Shown piece after piece: positions 24,401 to 38,465 of a stretch of 64,000 nt of DNA (position 1 is its first letter; every line of letters starts with the position of its first letter). Under the pieces are notes generated by a model. It was not told where the DNA came from. It did not search any database and saw nothing but the letters and a program-made list of their open reading frames with translations. A program made the position numbers and the translations under genes. Source of the DNA: Hydrolagus colliei (Eukaryota); NCBI GenBank assembly GCA_035084275.1, contig CM068760.1, positions 2,294,001-2,358,000 on the forward strand, in the 5' to 3' direction.

Positions 24401-27400
24401 CATCATTCAGTCAGTCTCCCAAAGTAGCAACAGCCACTTGTCACTTCAGCGTTCTGTACTATAGGGAAGTAGGAGTCCTTTCATGCCTGGTAACTCAACA
24501 ATTAGCTGACAGGAAGCGTATAATTCAAGGAGTGAACAAGACAGGGTTTTATATTCTTCATCGGGGCCAGTGCCAGTTGGCAGACCCATGATAGAATAAT
24601 ATACCTAGGAATGAATAACTGCTGGGACTGATTTGACGGGCTTAAATGAAGTCTCAGACCCCTGGAGTGTTTAATAAAGGTTAGCTGCATTCCAACAGCC
24701 ACTCACTCAACTCCTACATCTGTACATCCTCAGACCATTGTCTGAAAATGTAAAATCATATAGCATTGTGGAATATTTCTGAAGTCAGTCTTAATTTGGA
24801 AACCGGTTCTATTTAAGAACCGTGAAAACTGTCCCTAAATGAAGGCTTTTTCAAAAGTAGAGGGATAGGCATGAGAACAAACTACCAGCACTGGCAAGAG
24901 GCAAGGAAGTTCAGCATAAAGGGTTTCAAAGAAGAGAAGGCAAACCCTGGAAATGAAAAGAATTCAGAGTTATTAGCATGGAAAGATATTTGGGGAAGCT
25001 GGATGGGTAGTTGGATAGGTCAATTACTCTCTGCTGGTTGGTGCTCTATCCCCTCACTCTGGATTCTCGGATTTTTAACACAAGTCTATTCCTGTTTATT
25101 TTGAAAACACACAAAACCTGTTTTTGCATGCAGAGACCATCAGTTTCTAATCAATGCGACAAATGGTAATCTCACAGCTGGTTCTGAAAGATAACCAAAT
25201 CAGTGGAGTGACCGGTACTGGCCGAGGAAGGCGACTGATGTTCTTCAACTCACCGCAATTTAGTTGGAAAGTGCAAGTTTCCCAGAGCTAAGCCATGTCA
25301 GAATGGTGTGAAGCCTTGCTGGCTTTCCCCATGGCTTTAATGGTGGGTATAAATGAGATGCAGATTCATGGTTTTATTTGCGAAGAAACAGCTCAACACA
25401 GTTTTCTGTGCAAAAGGCACACTATTGTAAAATGTACATCAGTTGCATGGCAGGGTGGGGTGGGGGTTAATGTACTGTGGGTTCAGTAAGGATGGCTGGA
25501 GCAAGACCCTAAGTGGAATGTTCCTTGTGTAGGAGTTGGGAGTGAACATTTTAAGAGAGCGCTGAGAGCTAGATTGGACTAATTTTGTCATTGGGAGAAC
25601 CACATGAAAGCTACTAATGGCCCACTATTACTATTGCGTCAATGTTCTTAGTCATAATTATATCACATGGTGGATACACAGACGTACCATTTAGCCTGCA
25701 GGAGGAGGAGGAAAGCTTTTTTGTTGTATTTTGGCACTTCACCCCATTCGCCTGCTTCTGCTAGAGTTGGCATTTTCACCTCTTAATTAGCAGGGCACAT
25801 TGCTGCTGCCTTTCAGAAGGATTTCTTTATTTCTCAGTGGAGTGAGCGGCTGCTTTCCTGTTAAGAATTTCACTCCCATTTAGCCTTTGCTTTTCTGCCT
25901 TGACAACAAGCCAGCAGCACTTACCAGCAATGCGAGAGTTGCAGTGCGAGGCTCTGGATGAACAATCGTTCGTGAGTGAATGTACTTTACTGACCCTAAG
26001 TGGCTCTGGACTGGTTGAGGAAAGGTTCAGAGAGAATAGCAGTGATGTTTACAACGAGTGACACAGTTAGGTGGCAGGGCAGGGAGCACACCAGTGCCTG
26101 AGTCCATGCCAGGCAAGATTGGGTTCAATTCCAATCTGCATAGTAATCCTCTCCCTCACAACTAGTAAAGTCGAAGAGAATACATGAGGGAGGCAAATGC
26201 CGGGTGTGACAGAGAAACAGAGAGAGGGAATATAGAGACACAGACACAGGATAAAGAGATCTCTGAAGGTGTTTGGAAATGTTTTATCCCACCTCCTGTG
26301 TGTGTGTATGGCTGGATGGATGTGTACAAGTAGAAGCTTTTGTATGTGTATAACAATAATCATCCTTGATGTGAATTTTACCATGAAGTGTAGTGACTGT
26401 GTATTTGTAGACAAATATGTGAGTATGTGTGCATGAGTGGGGGTGGGGGGGTGTGTGCAGATTTAAACAGTGAATATAACTAAGGCCCCTCAATGGAGGT
26501 GTACATGTACGGGTATGCCTGTGTGAGCATGTGCAAAATCCAAGTCAGGAGCAGTCTTAACAGAGAACACAGGAAGGAATATACCAGAGGTAAAGTACTC
26601 CCAATGCACATGCTAAGCAGTTGGCACACTTAATCACTTTCAATTAAAAAAAATGCAAAACTGTTAGGGAAAGGAAGGGGTTAAGCCTCTTTTAAGCGCA
26701 GGGAATGTTGCAATATGCAAAGAATCCGTTGAACAAAGGCTGCACACCCACTTAATCTCATTAAGATACTATTTTGTAATTCGAAATCTTGGCGGTCGGT
26801 TGGTCGGGCAATCCTCTCTCACTAGCACTGCTTCCTGCACTGCGCCTCACTGACACATTATAGTGCAATATCCTTTCTTTCTGGCCTTGCTTGAGACAGA
26901 CAGACAGTCAGATAGACAAACACACAGTCAGACTGACAGACAGACAGTCAGGAATCAGATCTCGCCACACCTTATAAAACGCTGGAGTGGCTGAGTAGCT
27001 TCGTCCCATTTCTGTAAAATTTTAATTAAAACAGCTGCCTGGTTTTTAAGGTGGACCAGAGGCAGATGGCAGCAAGGCCGGTGCTTTACTGTCATCTTCG
27101 CTGATTACATCTACTGTAGGACAACATTATAGCACACAGAGGAGAATGTTTGGAGTGCTTAAGTCTTCAAACAACACAAGCTCCCTCCCTTTCCCCCAGC
27201 AACTGCAGCTTCTCAAGCACCAAAGCACAAAGCTCACATTTGCAAATTGCTGAGTACATTCTAAGCGTTGCTAATTGTTTTACTTTCACTCCGGTTAGAT
27301 CATTAGCCGTTGACAACTCTATTTTTAGCACAGCAAACATGTTATAAAACCTTACTGTTTGTTGTCCGTAGACATTTAGAAAGGGGGTGGGGGTTGGGGG

Positions 27401-27506
27401 TGGGGGTTGGGGGGGGTGGATTGGGTTGAGAATTTAGTGAGGCACATTCACACAAGCTGTGTACTTGACATGGGTTGTTGCAGTTTCTGAAATCTCTGAA
27501 CCGTAC

Positions 27507-27569
27507 CTGTGAAGATTTTAAAAGCCTCTGGCTGTACTCTTTATCAATCTGCTTCAACCTGCTGCTGGT
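27507..27569 (-). CDS. CEP112: CEP112 coding exon (63 bp, TSSRLKQIDKEYSQRLLKSSQ)
   Basis: Acceptor tttttacag, donor CAG|gtacgg. Matches ANSKLKQIEKEYTQKLAKSSQ. Confidence 0.92.
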
Positions 27570-30500
27570 CTGTAAAAACAAAAGGAGAAATGTAAGATGA
27601 GATGAGGTGGGGGGTGGGGGGGGGGGGGGGGGGGGGGAAGAGGAGAAGAAGGGACCGACGCGCATAGACACTTGCTGTTGACCCAGAACCTTGGCACCTA
27701 ATCAGTATGCCTATCACTTAGGATCTAGGCTCCGTGCCAGCTCCAACGCCCCTTCATGGCAACCAAAAGCACAGGGCTTTGCTTTGATCTGGATCCAAGC
27801 AGTCATCACTTGAAAGGAAAAAAATCTACCTCTGCTGCCAATTATTAGAAAACATAAAGGGCTTTCTGGATGAAAAATGACAGCATAAAGTTTATCAGAA
27901 TGACTTCACCTTAGTAAAAACAGAAACACATGCTCCGATCAAGGCTGTGGAGGTACAATCCGACACGTATGTTTTTGAGTGCCAGATGATGTTTTAGGAG
28001 TTGGGAGAGAGAGAGGGAAAGAGAGAGAGGAAAGGGGTGGTGGTGGTGGTGGGGGGGGGGGCGGGGAGGGGGGAAAAAAAACCTAGAGTAAGAAACTGAA
28101 GAGCAGCAAACCGCCCAAGGGAAGAGGCAACAGCATTCTCCACCATGGAACTGGGATTGCAGCCTGCACTTGAAACTTCAAAGAGTTTGCACACTTAATG
28201 TAAATGTGGCCATTAGCAATAAAGTACTCCACCTTTCTGCAGTGAGACCATTAAATATGATTACTGCTAACATTATCGCAGTTTAAGCAGAGAAGGATCT
28301 GACAATTCAATGCATTCAGAGAAAAGTATTTATGCAAAATTAAACCCAATTATGGATTTAATTTTTGATTGAACTGAAAAAGGCAAAAATATTTTCCCAA
28401 CGCATTTGTCTGATTTAAGCTTACATTATTTTCAGCCTTTTAAGTCCCCCTCATGCCAGGCACCGTCACAAGCACCTGATGAGCGTGTGGGAAGCTGGTG
28501 TGGGGGCTATTGTGTGGGGGATGATTGATTCTGCTCTGCACCTCTCGCTCTCTCTCAGTGCACAATAAGGACACCAGGGGCCTGCGAGAAAGACAGTGCT
28601 TGTATTGACTGGTGAGCAGTGTGTGTGTGTGTTTGTGTGATGCTGGAAGTAGAAAAAGTCAAGTTTGTTAAGTCTCTCCACACCATACACACTCACCCGA
28701 CCGAGGTCTGGGAATTCACGGCAGGGGGATTCCACCTCCTGCCTTCCATTTAATAACAATCACAACTTTGATTTACATAGCGCCCTCCGCGCCTCAGAGC
28801 GCTTCAGTAACAGTGAACCATGTGGTACAAACCGCACTGCCTGCCGGCTCACCTTGCAGTCACGCTGACTCCTGTCATTTGTTTCCCCTGGTCTATTTTG
28901 TTGCTGCAGGAATTGGTTAGTTACTCAAAAGTTGTTTTGGGGGACCTGCTTTACAACAGAGTGCGTTTCCGTGAGCCAAGCATTGGTTTGACACTGTAAT
29001 CGGAGCATCTCTCTGTTTCAGACGTTTCAGAGCCAGTTTTCGTTCTCTACATGGCATCCCAATGATTAAACACCCTGCCAGGAATATGGAAAGTAACTCT
29101 TGACTGTTCCGGTCTCTTGTTTTTTTCAGGGTTTGATTACACAGGAAAGTCTAGCAATTCACTGGTGGTGAATCTTTGCATCACTGACTCACTCACTCCA
29201 GGTGGCAGGGATGCTGGAGTACATACAATACAAAGCCTCCGGTATGAATTGACTGCATCAGCTGAGAAGGGAAACCGGTTTGGCAATCAGTGAGTGAAAA
29301 TCCTGTCCCACCTACTCAAGCGACAAAGGGGCAAGTTGAGGGAATCCACCCATATTCATTCATCAGTTGTTTTCAGTCTTGTTGCCCTTCCGAGGCCTGA
29401 AATTGCATCTAGTCGTAGCCTGTAGAAATATTTTGCCTTAAAATTTAAGGTCAGGCAGTGTGGAACATTCTTAAAATTCTGTTTTAACCACTGGTGTGAG
29501 CGGTTTCTTCACCTGCCTATGACCCTATTACTTAGCAAAAAAATCCCTCTTGATTTGGAAGATGTTTTTCTGAAGTTCATCAAAACAAATGGCTTCCAAA
29601 TCTTAAATCTTGAGACAAAATCGTCTTGCAGCTAAGACTGGCTGGGATTTCAGACCCGTGGATTGAAAGTAGCCGTGAGTTTAAGGCTAAGCATAGGTAC
29701 CGTTGACCCGGCCAAGAGCTACTTCCCATGTACCAAACATCAGAAGCTCCAACCTGCTCCATTCACTGTGTGATCATGGATAAGTTTCGCTTCAGATTTC
29801 GCTTCAGAATGGAGACCAGAGAAAGGAAAGTGGCTGTTTGAGGAGACTGCCACTCAAGATCGCTCAGTACATTCACACACTGGAAGGTGCAGCGATCACA
29901 ATGATTTGATCGTTTCTATTTCTGTGCTGACTCTGTGCCTCCAGCGTACAAGCATCAAAGTGCAGAGTATTTCTGTGCAAACACGAGGATTTGCTTTTGT
30001 AATAATAATAGAACAAATCATTGAACACAAGTCAAGGGATGTTAGATGTGGTGTAGGGAGATGACAGTGAGCTGGTCACACTGAATTTTTTTTTGTCCGT
30101 GATACCATAAGGTGTCAATGCACTCTCTCTCTCTCTCTCTCTTTCACCTGTTGAGTCAGAAAGCTTTGGATTCAAGATGCATGTCAGCAATCGAATCCAC
30201 AGTCCAGTGCAGTGTTATATTGTGAAGGTGTCATTTTTTTTTGGCAATTCTGCCTGCTCATAACACCAATCAAAACTACTGAGCCACAAGTCTTCAGATG
30301 AAGTAGCCATTCCCTTCATAGAACCTGCAGGACCAAAATGGCTGCCACATTTGCCTACAGTCAACACACGTCACAGAAATTATGTACGAAGCTCTTTGAG
30401 ATTGTTTCAATGTTAAAGGTGCTATCTCAAATGTAAGGATTATTATAGTATTGTTAGAAAACTGGTTAGAAAGAATTGCTCCTGGATTTTGGGTTCACTT

Positions 30501-32289
30501 AGTAAAAACATTGGGAGAAGTCAGACACTTATACATTTCCTGAACTATTTTCATAAGACCGATATTGCTTCCTCCGGGCTCTGTTTTGATGTGAATTGAC
30601 CTGTCAGGGTCATACATTCTGCGTGTCAAGCTCTCTTGCCAGAAAGTATTAAAAAAGAATCACCAAAGGAAGCGAGGGAGCAGGAATTCTCCAAATCTCT
30701 CCATCTGCAGATACTTAGCAAAGGCAGGACGGCATCCTCAATACAAGTGCTTGTACAGCAAAATATTTATAATGTGAAAGCATTTCACACCTCATGAATG
30801 GTAGCCAAATGCAGAAACGTTTCATCATTTACATCATGCATAGAAAGTATGCTAAATCCACTCTAAATCACTCAATTTGCGGTCATGCCACAGTGCAGTA
30901 AAACGCTTATTTTGGTGCCACTGAGTAAACACGGAACATGCTGACAAGCTGCCAGCGCAAAATCAAGCTTTTAAAAAAAAACTAAAATGATATTTCAGTA
31001 TATTCCACCCAAACACAATTTCCCCCAAAGGCTGTAATCTAATCTTGGGATTCGGGTGATGGATATAGAAAAGGATTCAAACGGAGTCACCTGAGCCTGT
31101 GATTAGATAGTGATCTTGTAATTCAGACCCAGAGATTATTGGTTAGTTTAGTTACACTTTATCTAGTGTGTGTCGCCTGAATCGCTGAGCTGTAATAAAG
31201 ATTGCCCTTGTTTACCTTGGGGGGCAGGCATCAACGGAAAAAGGTGTGGTCAGACTACTGCAGGCACTGGGGGGGCCTGTGATCCCAGCAAGGCTACACA
31301 CACGTATGACCAGCGGATTCAAAGTGAACTCATTTCCCAGTCACCGGGCTGATGGTGCAGATCACGCAGTGCGGGTTTATAATGGGAACCTTCCAGTATC
31401 ATTGTGACATTTCAAGCAATAAAGTAATGAAAAGATCAATCACACGAGTGATGGGCATTTTATCGCACCCATTATAAATGATCCAGCGAAACGCTTTGAG
31501 ATATTCTCCTGATTGTGAAAGGCGCTATATCAAATACAAGGATTATTATTAATAATAAAGAACAAGAGATTACTCCTTCTTTCCACATGCATATCAAAGG
31601 TATTTGGGGCGAAAGCATTGTCTGAGGAAAACTGCCCAAAACTGACTACTGTTGACTTCACTTTATTATTATAAATGGAATGGAACAACAAGTTTCCTTA
31701 AGAGTTTAAGGCTGAATATTCCTTCATCTATAGGATTCTGGGACAAACCTGTCATTTTTCAGGTCAAACCTCTCTCAGTCAGAATTGCCCCTCCGCTAAT
31801 AATTATTTTGCTGGTTAATACACCCATTGTGTTTGAGGCGTCTCGTTAGAAAAAAACACGACACGATTACAACCTATTTATTGGTTCAAGGATTCAAGGA
31901 CTACTGTCTGAAAGGTTCTATAAAAGATCACGATTGTGTTTAAAATTTCCTGAACTTCCTTAAGTTTAAATGCAATGACATTTATGACTGAGCGGGGCAG
32001 AGTCACTGATACAGTAAGTAGCAGATTTACAACCCCGTGCAGACCTTATCTCAGGTGGGGGGGGGGGGGAGGGAGCACACAGTTTATTATCTTTTATACA
32101 GTGTGATTGCAATCTTATATTTAGTGTTTGCAGAAAGACAAAAGATCTAGGTGAGAGGCTAGCATCGTCTTTGATGTTAGCTGCTGAGAGTTTGTTGGGG
32201 TTCCATCTGTCACTGGGCCAATCTAATGCTTCATTTGCAATCTCCTTTGAAGGAAATGGACAATAAGGGAGCTTCAGCGGCACAACTAT

Positions 32290-32540
32290 GGCAAGGGTGT
32301 CTCAACGTTTTCTCCCTGAAACTGGAACTCTCTCTCTCTCTCTCTCTCCCCAGAACTGGAACCCTTTTGTTCTCCAAAAAGGCTGTGGATGCTGGGTCAA
32401 TTGGAGGGTTATCACAAATGAGGTTGATAGATATCTGATGGTAAGGGAATCAAGTGATATGGAGAAAAGGTGGGGGAATGCTTGAGATACGGATCAGGGG
32501 GACTGAATGGCTGACTCCTATTCCCATATTCCTAATAATC
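32290..32540 (+). mobile_element. CR1-type LINE 3' end, degenerate
   Basis: CAAAAAGGCTGTGGATGCTGGGTCAATTG...GAGGTTGATAGAT...GACTGAATGGCTGACTCCTATTCCCAT, typical of a CR1 3' terminus. Other decayed CR1 pieces lie near 33000-33400, 37270-37510, 46100-46430 and 55230-55500. Confidence 0.65.
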
Positions 32541-35500
32541 CTTGTATTCAATACATAGCCAGTAGCACGGAAACATCTCACAGCATTTAACAGGGAATTG
32601 TTGCAGTAACTAGATGGAAGGTAAAGGCCAATTTTCACACAGCAAGGTCCACAAACAGCTATGAAGTGAATGATGAATTTATCACAAGATCCCTCACCTA
32701 AAAACAGCATAAACTGAATTTCACAGATATAGACAGTACATTTAACCTTAATATCGGAGCCAGTCTAAGATTTTTTTAACACAATTTTATAGGTTAATCT
32801 AAGACTAAACAGAATTTAAGACCTTAGAACTGTGCTAAAATAACTCGCCTCTACAGTTCTGGGCTTTGTATATCACCACCACAAGGACATCAAGTGCTGT
32901 CAAACCAGAATTGCTATCTCAGCGATTGGGATGGCACTATGGTAACAGAGATGTTGTCTAAGGCAAAGACTACTTTTCCCTCTGGTCCTTCATGTTCACG
33001 TGCAAACAAGACACAGAAGTAGCCAGCTGAGCGAGCCTTGTAAACAGGGCACTCTGACCTTCTGAGATTTGTTGCTGTACTGGGGAGCAAAGCCTACAAC
33101 AGGTAAGAGGTGTCAAATACTGCAGCCTTTCATCCTCCTGTCTGATTGTCAAGTTGACTTTGATACTGAAATAACCTTGAGGAAGCAAACCCTGAACACG
33201 TTTAAATGCACCAGAGCAGGACTTCAAAAGCGCACAGGCTCAGGTGTGTGGAGGGTAATTTCATGACAGACACGAGGAAGTATTTCCTATGGAAAAGGGG
33301 GATATATATCAGGGTGCTGAATTCATTGGAAGAAACATCTCAGTGCTGTAATGGGAAGGTGCTGGGATGGGGTTTCTGGAAGGAAACAAAGAATCTTCAA
33401 AGGCATCTATCTTCCTGGCAGGGCCTGGTTGCCAGTCACAGATAGTGACTGACAGTGGCTGGTACTCACTGTTGCCCTGGCCAGGGAACACCTTGTTTTT
33501 ATGAGGAGATGCGCAAGGTTAAAAAAAAGACAAAATATGAGCCGGTACTGTTCGAATGGAGCCCAAACACCAATTCAATCGTAGAGAAAGAAGCACAGGC
33601 CCTTTTACACAAGCTTCATTATCCCGCACTGTTGGTTATCTTTCATAAAGCCGCAATACTCTAAACATTTTGTGATTTGGGTTTTAAATCTAGTTGTAAA
33701 TTGGTTTATAATAACAGTATTAACAAAATGCCAAGTAAGACTGGTGCAAGAACCCACTAATCTGCATCTTGTAGTTTCAGACGTCTTAGGCACCAATCCA
33801 ATTTTACTGTTGTATTTAAAATCTGGGCCTGGGGCTGGGATACGGTGCGGGGGGGGGGGGGGGTGCGGGAGTGGGAGGGAGAGAGAGAGAAAAGATTGTT
33901 CAAAACCAAGTAGAAAGTTTTGTCCGTACAAAAGGGAATAAATTCAGCCCAATTCATGCATGTCGATAAAGAGACCTTTGCTGGTGTATAACTGACTGAG
34001 TAAATATGTAGATATTAAAAAAAGATAGACTGCTGCATTCCATTGGCAATGTACCCAGTTTTTTTTAATAAAAAAAAATGATCTCCTGAAGGCTTTTTGA
34101 ATTTTCAGATTCAGAAAAGCATTTCATCCGTGTAGGGTTTGTGAAAGCAAAAAAAGATCAAAGCAAAGAGGGCGGGGGAGAGGGGGAGGGGAGGAAAAGG
34201 TGCAGTCTGCACTGCATTTAAGGTGCCTGACTTCAACACTTAGCAGTAATCCTTAAATTGTAAATTCCATGGCTGAAAGAACAAAGTGACAGTGTTCTGC
34301 ATACTGCAGCTCTCTGCAAAGCAACATTCTTTGTGACAGATAATCCAAAATCATGTGATTTGTATAATGTTTATCAATAGTTTGCAAATTGGCTCGGGGC
34401 TGTCAGTACATCTATAGCAGCCCGAGAATACTGTTTACACAGTTTGGATGTAGCCTGTAGCTTTGCCAGAGCTTGCCTTAAATGATTGTTACAAAATAAA
34501 ACAAGGGAGATTGGGAAATATTAGGAGCAATCGCATATCGGCCGGTTTATTGGTTCTGCTTTTACGGGTCTGTGAGCAAAGATGAGACATTTACAGTTAA
34601 AACAGCTGCTCCTCGGATGAAATGAGAAGCACAAAAATGCTTCAAAGAAGCAGCACTGAAAGATGTAAGGATCCATTGATGTAACATCAGACTGCCAGAT
34701 AGGGCCATGCTATGCTATGCTGCTAGCTGCAGGAAATATGAATAAATATGAAAGAAATTATTAAATATAGAGGATGCTGGCATCCGCTTTGTGGGATGCT
34801 GGCAGGACACTGACAGGCTTCCACATTCACCACAAGATCGCAACAACAACGAATTACATTTATACAATGTCCTTCACGTAGGATAATGTCTAAGATCGCG
34901 TCACAACATCAACAATAACAGCAAAATTACATTTATCGAGCGCCTTTCGCGTCGGGAGGACATCCCAAGGCCCAGTCACAGCGATACTGTCACACAAGGG
35001 AGCAATGGAGACAGGGGAAAGGGTTGATACTGGGGGTGGGGGAGGAGGGGCAGGCACAAAGTGCTTCCCCGCAAGGGAAATGTCGACTATATAGGCCAAA
35101 TGAAGCCACTCGCTTTCACCTCCTAGTGGCAAGTGATTGAGTGGTGCTGGTAGGCGCTGGGAGATGTGGGTGGTGGGCCAAGCACCACGAGGTATGAGAT
35201 TTTCACGAAAAAACCTCAGGCAAACTCAGAGGATACGCCACCCACTGAACGGTCAAATAAGCAGGATAAAGTAAGAGATACAGTCCCATGAAAATCCATT
35301 CAGAATGCCGTGTAGCTGAGGAAGCTGTTCAATAAAGACTCATGCCCATAACAGGAAGCTAAATGGAGGAAGTTCGGGCTGTTCTATTCCAAACACTGTT
35401 CTGGCCTAAACCGCAATGGTAGTATTCATCTCAATATCCTAGGCCATTTCCTCAACAGCAGTCTGGTTTTCTGCCTTGTGCCATGTAAGTGACAAATAAG

Positions 35501-35566
35501 TTGGATTGCAACATGATTTACATTTGTAGAGCATCCTTCATGAGCTGAGGGAGCAGGCAGGTTGAT

Positions 35567-35814
35567 AATAATAATAATAATAATAATAATCCCTGCATTT
35601 GATCTAGCGCTTTTTACATCTTCTAGACGTCTCAAAGCGCTTCACCGAACATACTGTAAAGTGAATTGACTGTATATTTGTGGGCAAAATGCGGCAGACA
35701 ATTGTGCACAGCAGCGTCCCATAAACTGTCGTGGATTGAAATGACCAATTTTTATTATTATTATTTTTGGGGTGAAGGGATTATTATTGAGCGTGTAGAG
35801 TAAGGAAACTTCCC
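35567..35814 (-). mobile_element. 5'-truncated copy of the same SINE with a long (TTA)n tail, abutting an L2 fragment
   Basis: Body and tail match the family; sequence stops at GGAAGTTTCCTTACTC with no tRNA head. Confidence 0.85.
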
Positions 35815-36330
35815 TAAGGTTAGGGGGTTAGGAGGTTGCAGAGGTGGGGAGCCATTGAGCGCTTTGTAAGTGAAGACCAGCATTTTGAACTCTGGTTCCC
35901 GCACCTTGGAATGTCCTCCCGACATGAAAGGCGCTATACAAATGTAATGTTGTTGTTATTTTGTGGTTGTGTGATGGGAAGCCAGTGGAGTCGGGTGAGG
36001 GTGGGGGTGACAGGGTCACTGAGCCGCGTGCTCGGGCTGCAGAGTTCTCGATGATCTGCAGCCTATGCAGGGAGGAATTAGGGAGACCAACCAGCAGACA
36101 GCTTGCGTAACCGAGTCTGGATGTTATATGTATGAGGGTTTCGGCGGCCTGCGGTGTGAGACGGTGGCGAAGCCAAGCGATGTTGTGGAGGTGAGAAAAG
36201 GCGGTGCGGGTGATGGCACTGATGTGGGGTATGAAGGACAGTTGCAGGTCGAATTGGGCACCAAGGTTCTGCATGGCCTCCTTGAGATACAAAATGCATC
36301 CATGGAGGCAGATGTTGTCAGCACCTGAGG
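35815..36330 (-). mobile_element. L2-clade LINE ORF2 fragment (region C-terminal to the RT core), degenerate
   Basis: ORF 35828..36469 contains NLGAQFDLQLSFIPHISAITRTAFSHLHNIAWLR...AAETLIHITSRLGYASCLLVGLP...LQIIENSAAR, typical of L2 ORF2. Interrupted by an opposite-strand solo tail at ~35900-35958. Confidence 0.85.
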
Positions 36331-38413
36331 GTATATGGAGGCACTGATGGCAGTCAAACATGCTTGTTAAAATACATGGTTCCGCATCTAATGGCTGTAT
36401 CACACAAACTATCACACTTATCGCTCCTCCCAACCCCCACCCCACACACATATACACACACACACACACACAAACAGATCAAGAGTTCTTACAATATAGT
36501 CAGCTGCAAAATTGTTGTTAGATAAACCCAAAGTGTTGACATCACAAAGAACATGAATTCCATTCCCCACGCATGTGGATGGTCAGCCATTACCAGAAAC
36601 CCAACCGTTTAGAAAGGCGCATGAACCCAAAATATTATACAATTGCATTGAAATAAATCGTACCCACACCATTTTTTTTGATATAAACAGACCACAATGT
36701 GTGATGCCAAGACTGCAAGAGTAAACTGTGGTCAGGGTACAGACTGCATTCATTAAACAGTTGAGGATCCCTCTCATGGATTATTTCATCCCAAGCCTTC
36801 AAGCATGCAGCACACTCTCTCAGTCATCTGTTTTTCTGTGTAATATACATTACACAGTTAACCTTGAATGATTTGCAAAGGCAACAACTTTGGCTTGTGG
36901 TTGTAACTATTAATGTCACATATTAACAAAGTCATTTGAACCAACATACAAGGAATACTGCAACTTCAAAGTGCCAGATGATGAATCAGAGACAGCCAGT
37001 TGACGAAAACACAAATGTAGAAAACAAACATAGTGTACAAAATGAGCTTGTTAAAGGATCAGTTAAGACATAATTGGTGTTTTTGGCAGAACAGTTAATT
37101 TGTACTGTGTACAAATCAGGTCACTGTATTACAGTAGGGATATCCTGACATTGGATGGGAACCAGATAAGGTCACCGATTGATAACTGAAATCAGGCATC
37201 TGAATTCTGACATGCCGTCCGGCATAGAGGGCACTATATAAATCCAAGTTGTTGTTGTTGGCAGACTGTGAAAACTGGAAATAATGAAGTCCCCAAGATC
37301 CTAGATAAATCACCCCTAAAAACCATCAACAAATCTAGACTGGGGATACTCAGTTGAGCTTAGAAGACAGAAGGTGGTCAGAAAACTTAAGATTTCATGA
37401 ATTTCCCCAGAGAGCAATGAATATGTGCAATAGACTAGCCAGGTTATGTCAGCAAAATCAACAGGGGAATTAGCTAGCTAGTTGAGAAGGAAATAGATTG
37501 AGAGGTACAAATGTAGTTTTTTTTCTTTGGAACATTCAGATGAATACCAATTAACTTGTCCAGTCCTCTACATTGTTATGTTCCTATTAAAATTGTCCAA
37601 CAAGCTTTGGCTGATCACAAACGTGGGAGTAAGGTGCAGAAATGAACCCCGTCACCTCACTGAAACTTTGCGACACATTTTCTGGACTTCAAAATCCAAG
37701 ACCTCGTCCCAGATCATATGAAGAACCCTGAGGCCTTTTAACAGTTTTTCTGCAACTTTTCATTACAGCCTCAAAACAAACAGTTTAATAGTTCAGGTCC
37801 CTAGCCAGTGCATTTTGGATGTACTGCTATTGAAGGTTCAGGATTGAATCAAAGTTTGTGCAGTTAAAATGCAGAGTTCTGCGATCACAGCAACCTTGTA
37901 AAAAGAAGGGAAGTAGTTGGTGACATATTCAATACAAAAAGTAGGTTATCTAAATTTCCTCGTACTCCTTCTCAAAGTTCCTGGTCTCCCAAAGAGTTAG
38001 CTAACTCAACGCAACTTCTCATAGAGTCTGTGTGTGTATGTGTGTGTGAAGGTGGGGGGGGGGTGGGGGAGATTAAAACGATCAACAGTATTTAAGAAAG
38101 GATCAGCAGCTTCCATTTCCTGGAGCTCAGAGTGTGCTGGAACCCATTACACCTTTGTGATACAGATTTGTAAAATGTTCAGGAGACTGACAGACTTTCC
38201 TCCCCTCGGGGTGTGGGTAAGGTGGTTGAGTTAAAACGTTGTCCACCAATCTCTGTACTTTCATGGTTATAGAGCAATGGAGTCGTTTGAAAAATCGTTA
38301 AAAAATGGAACGAGGAGATAAAGGTGTTTACACAGGGCTCCAGCAGCTTGGCTGGTGGCAAAATTGCCTGTGATTTCAACAAGCGTTTTCTGCAGGGAAT
38401 CTTTTTCTTCACT

Positions 38414-38465
38414 CCAGTTCTCAGACCCCAGTTCTCAGGCCCCAGTTCTCAGGCCCCAGTTCTCA
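38414..38465. repeat. 14-bp tandem repeat CCCAGTTCTCAGGC, about 3.7 copies
   Basis: Directly visible. Confidence 0.9.

Noticed and set aside
35828-36469. Longest ORF (213 aa) as a host gene
   Set aside because: It is a decayed L2 ORF2 fragment joined to microsatellite and inserted sequence.
38414-38465. Short regular repeats as a CRISPR-like array (also 43142-43195)
   Set aside because: They are head-to-tail tandem units with no spacers, in vertebrate DNA.
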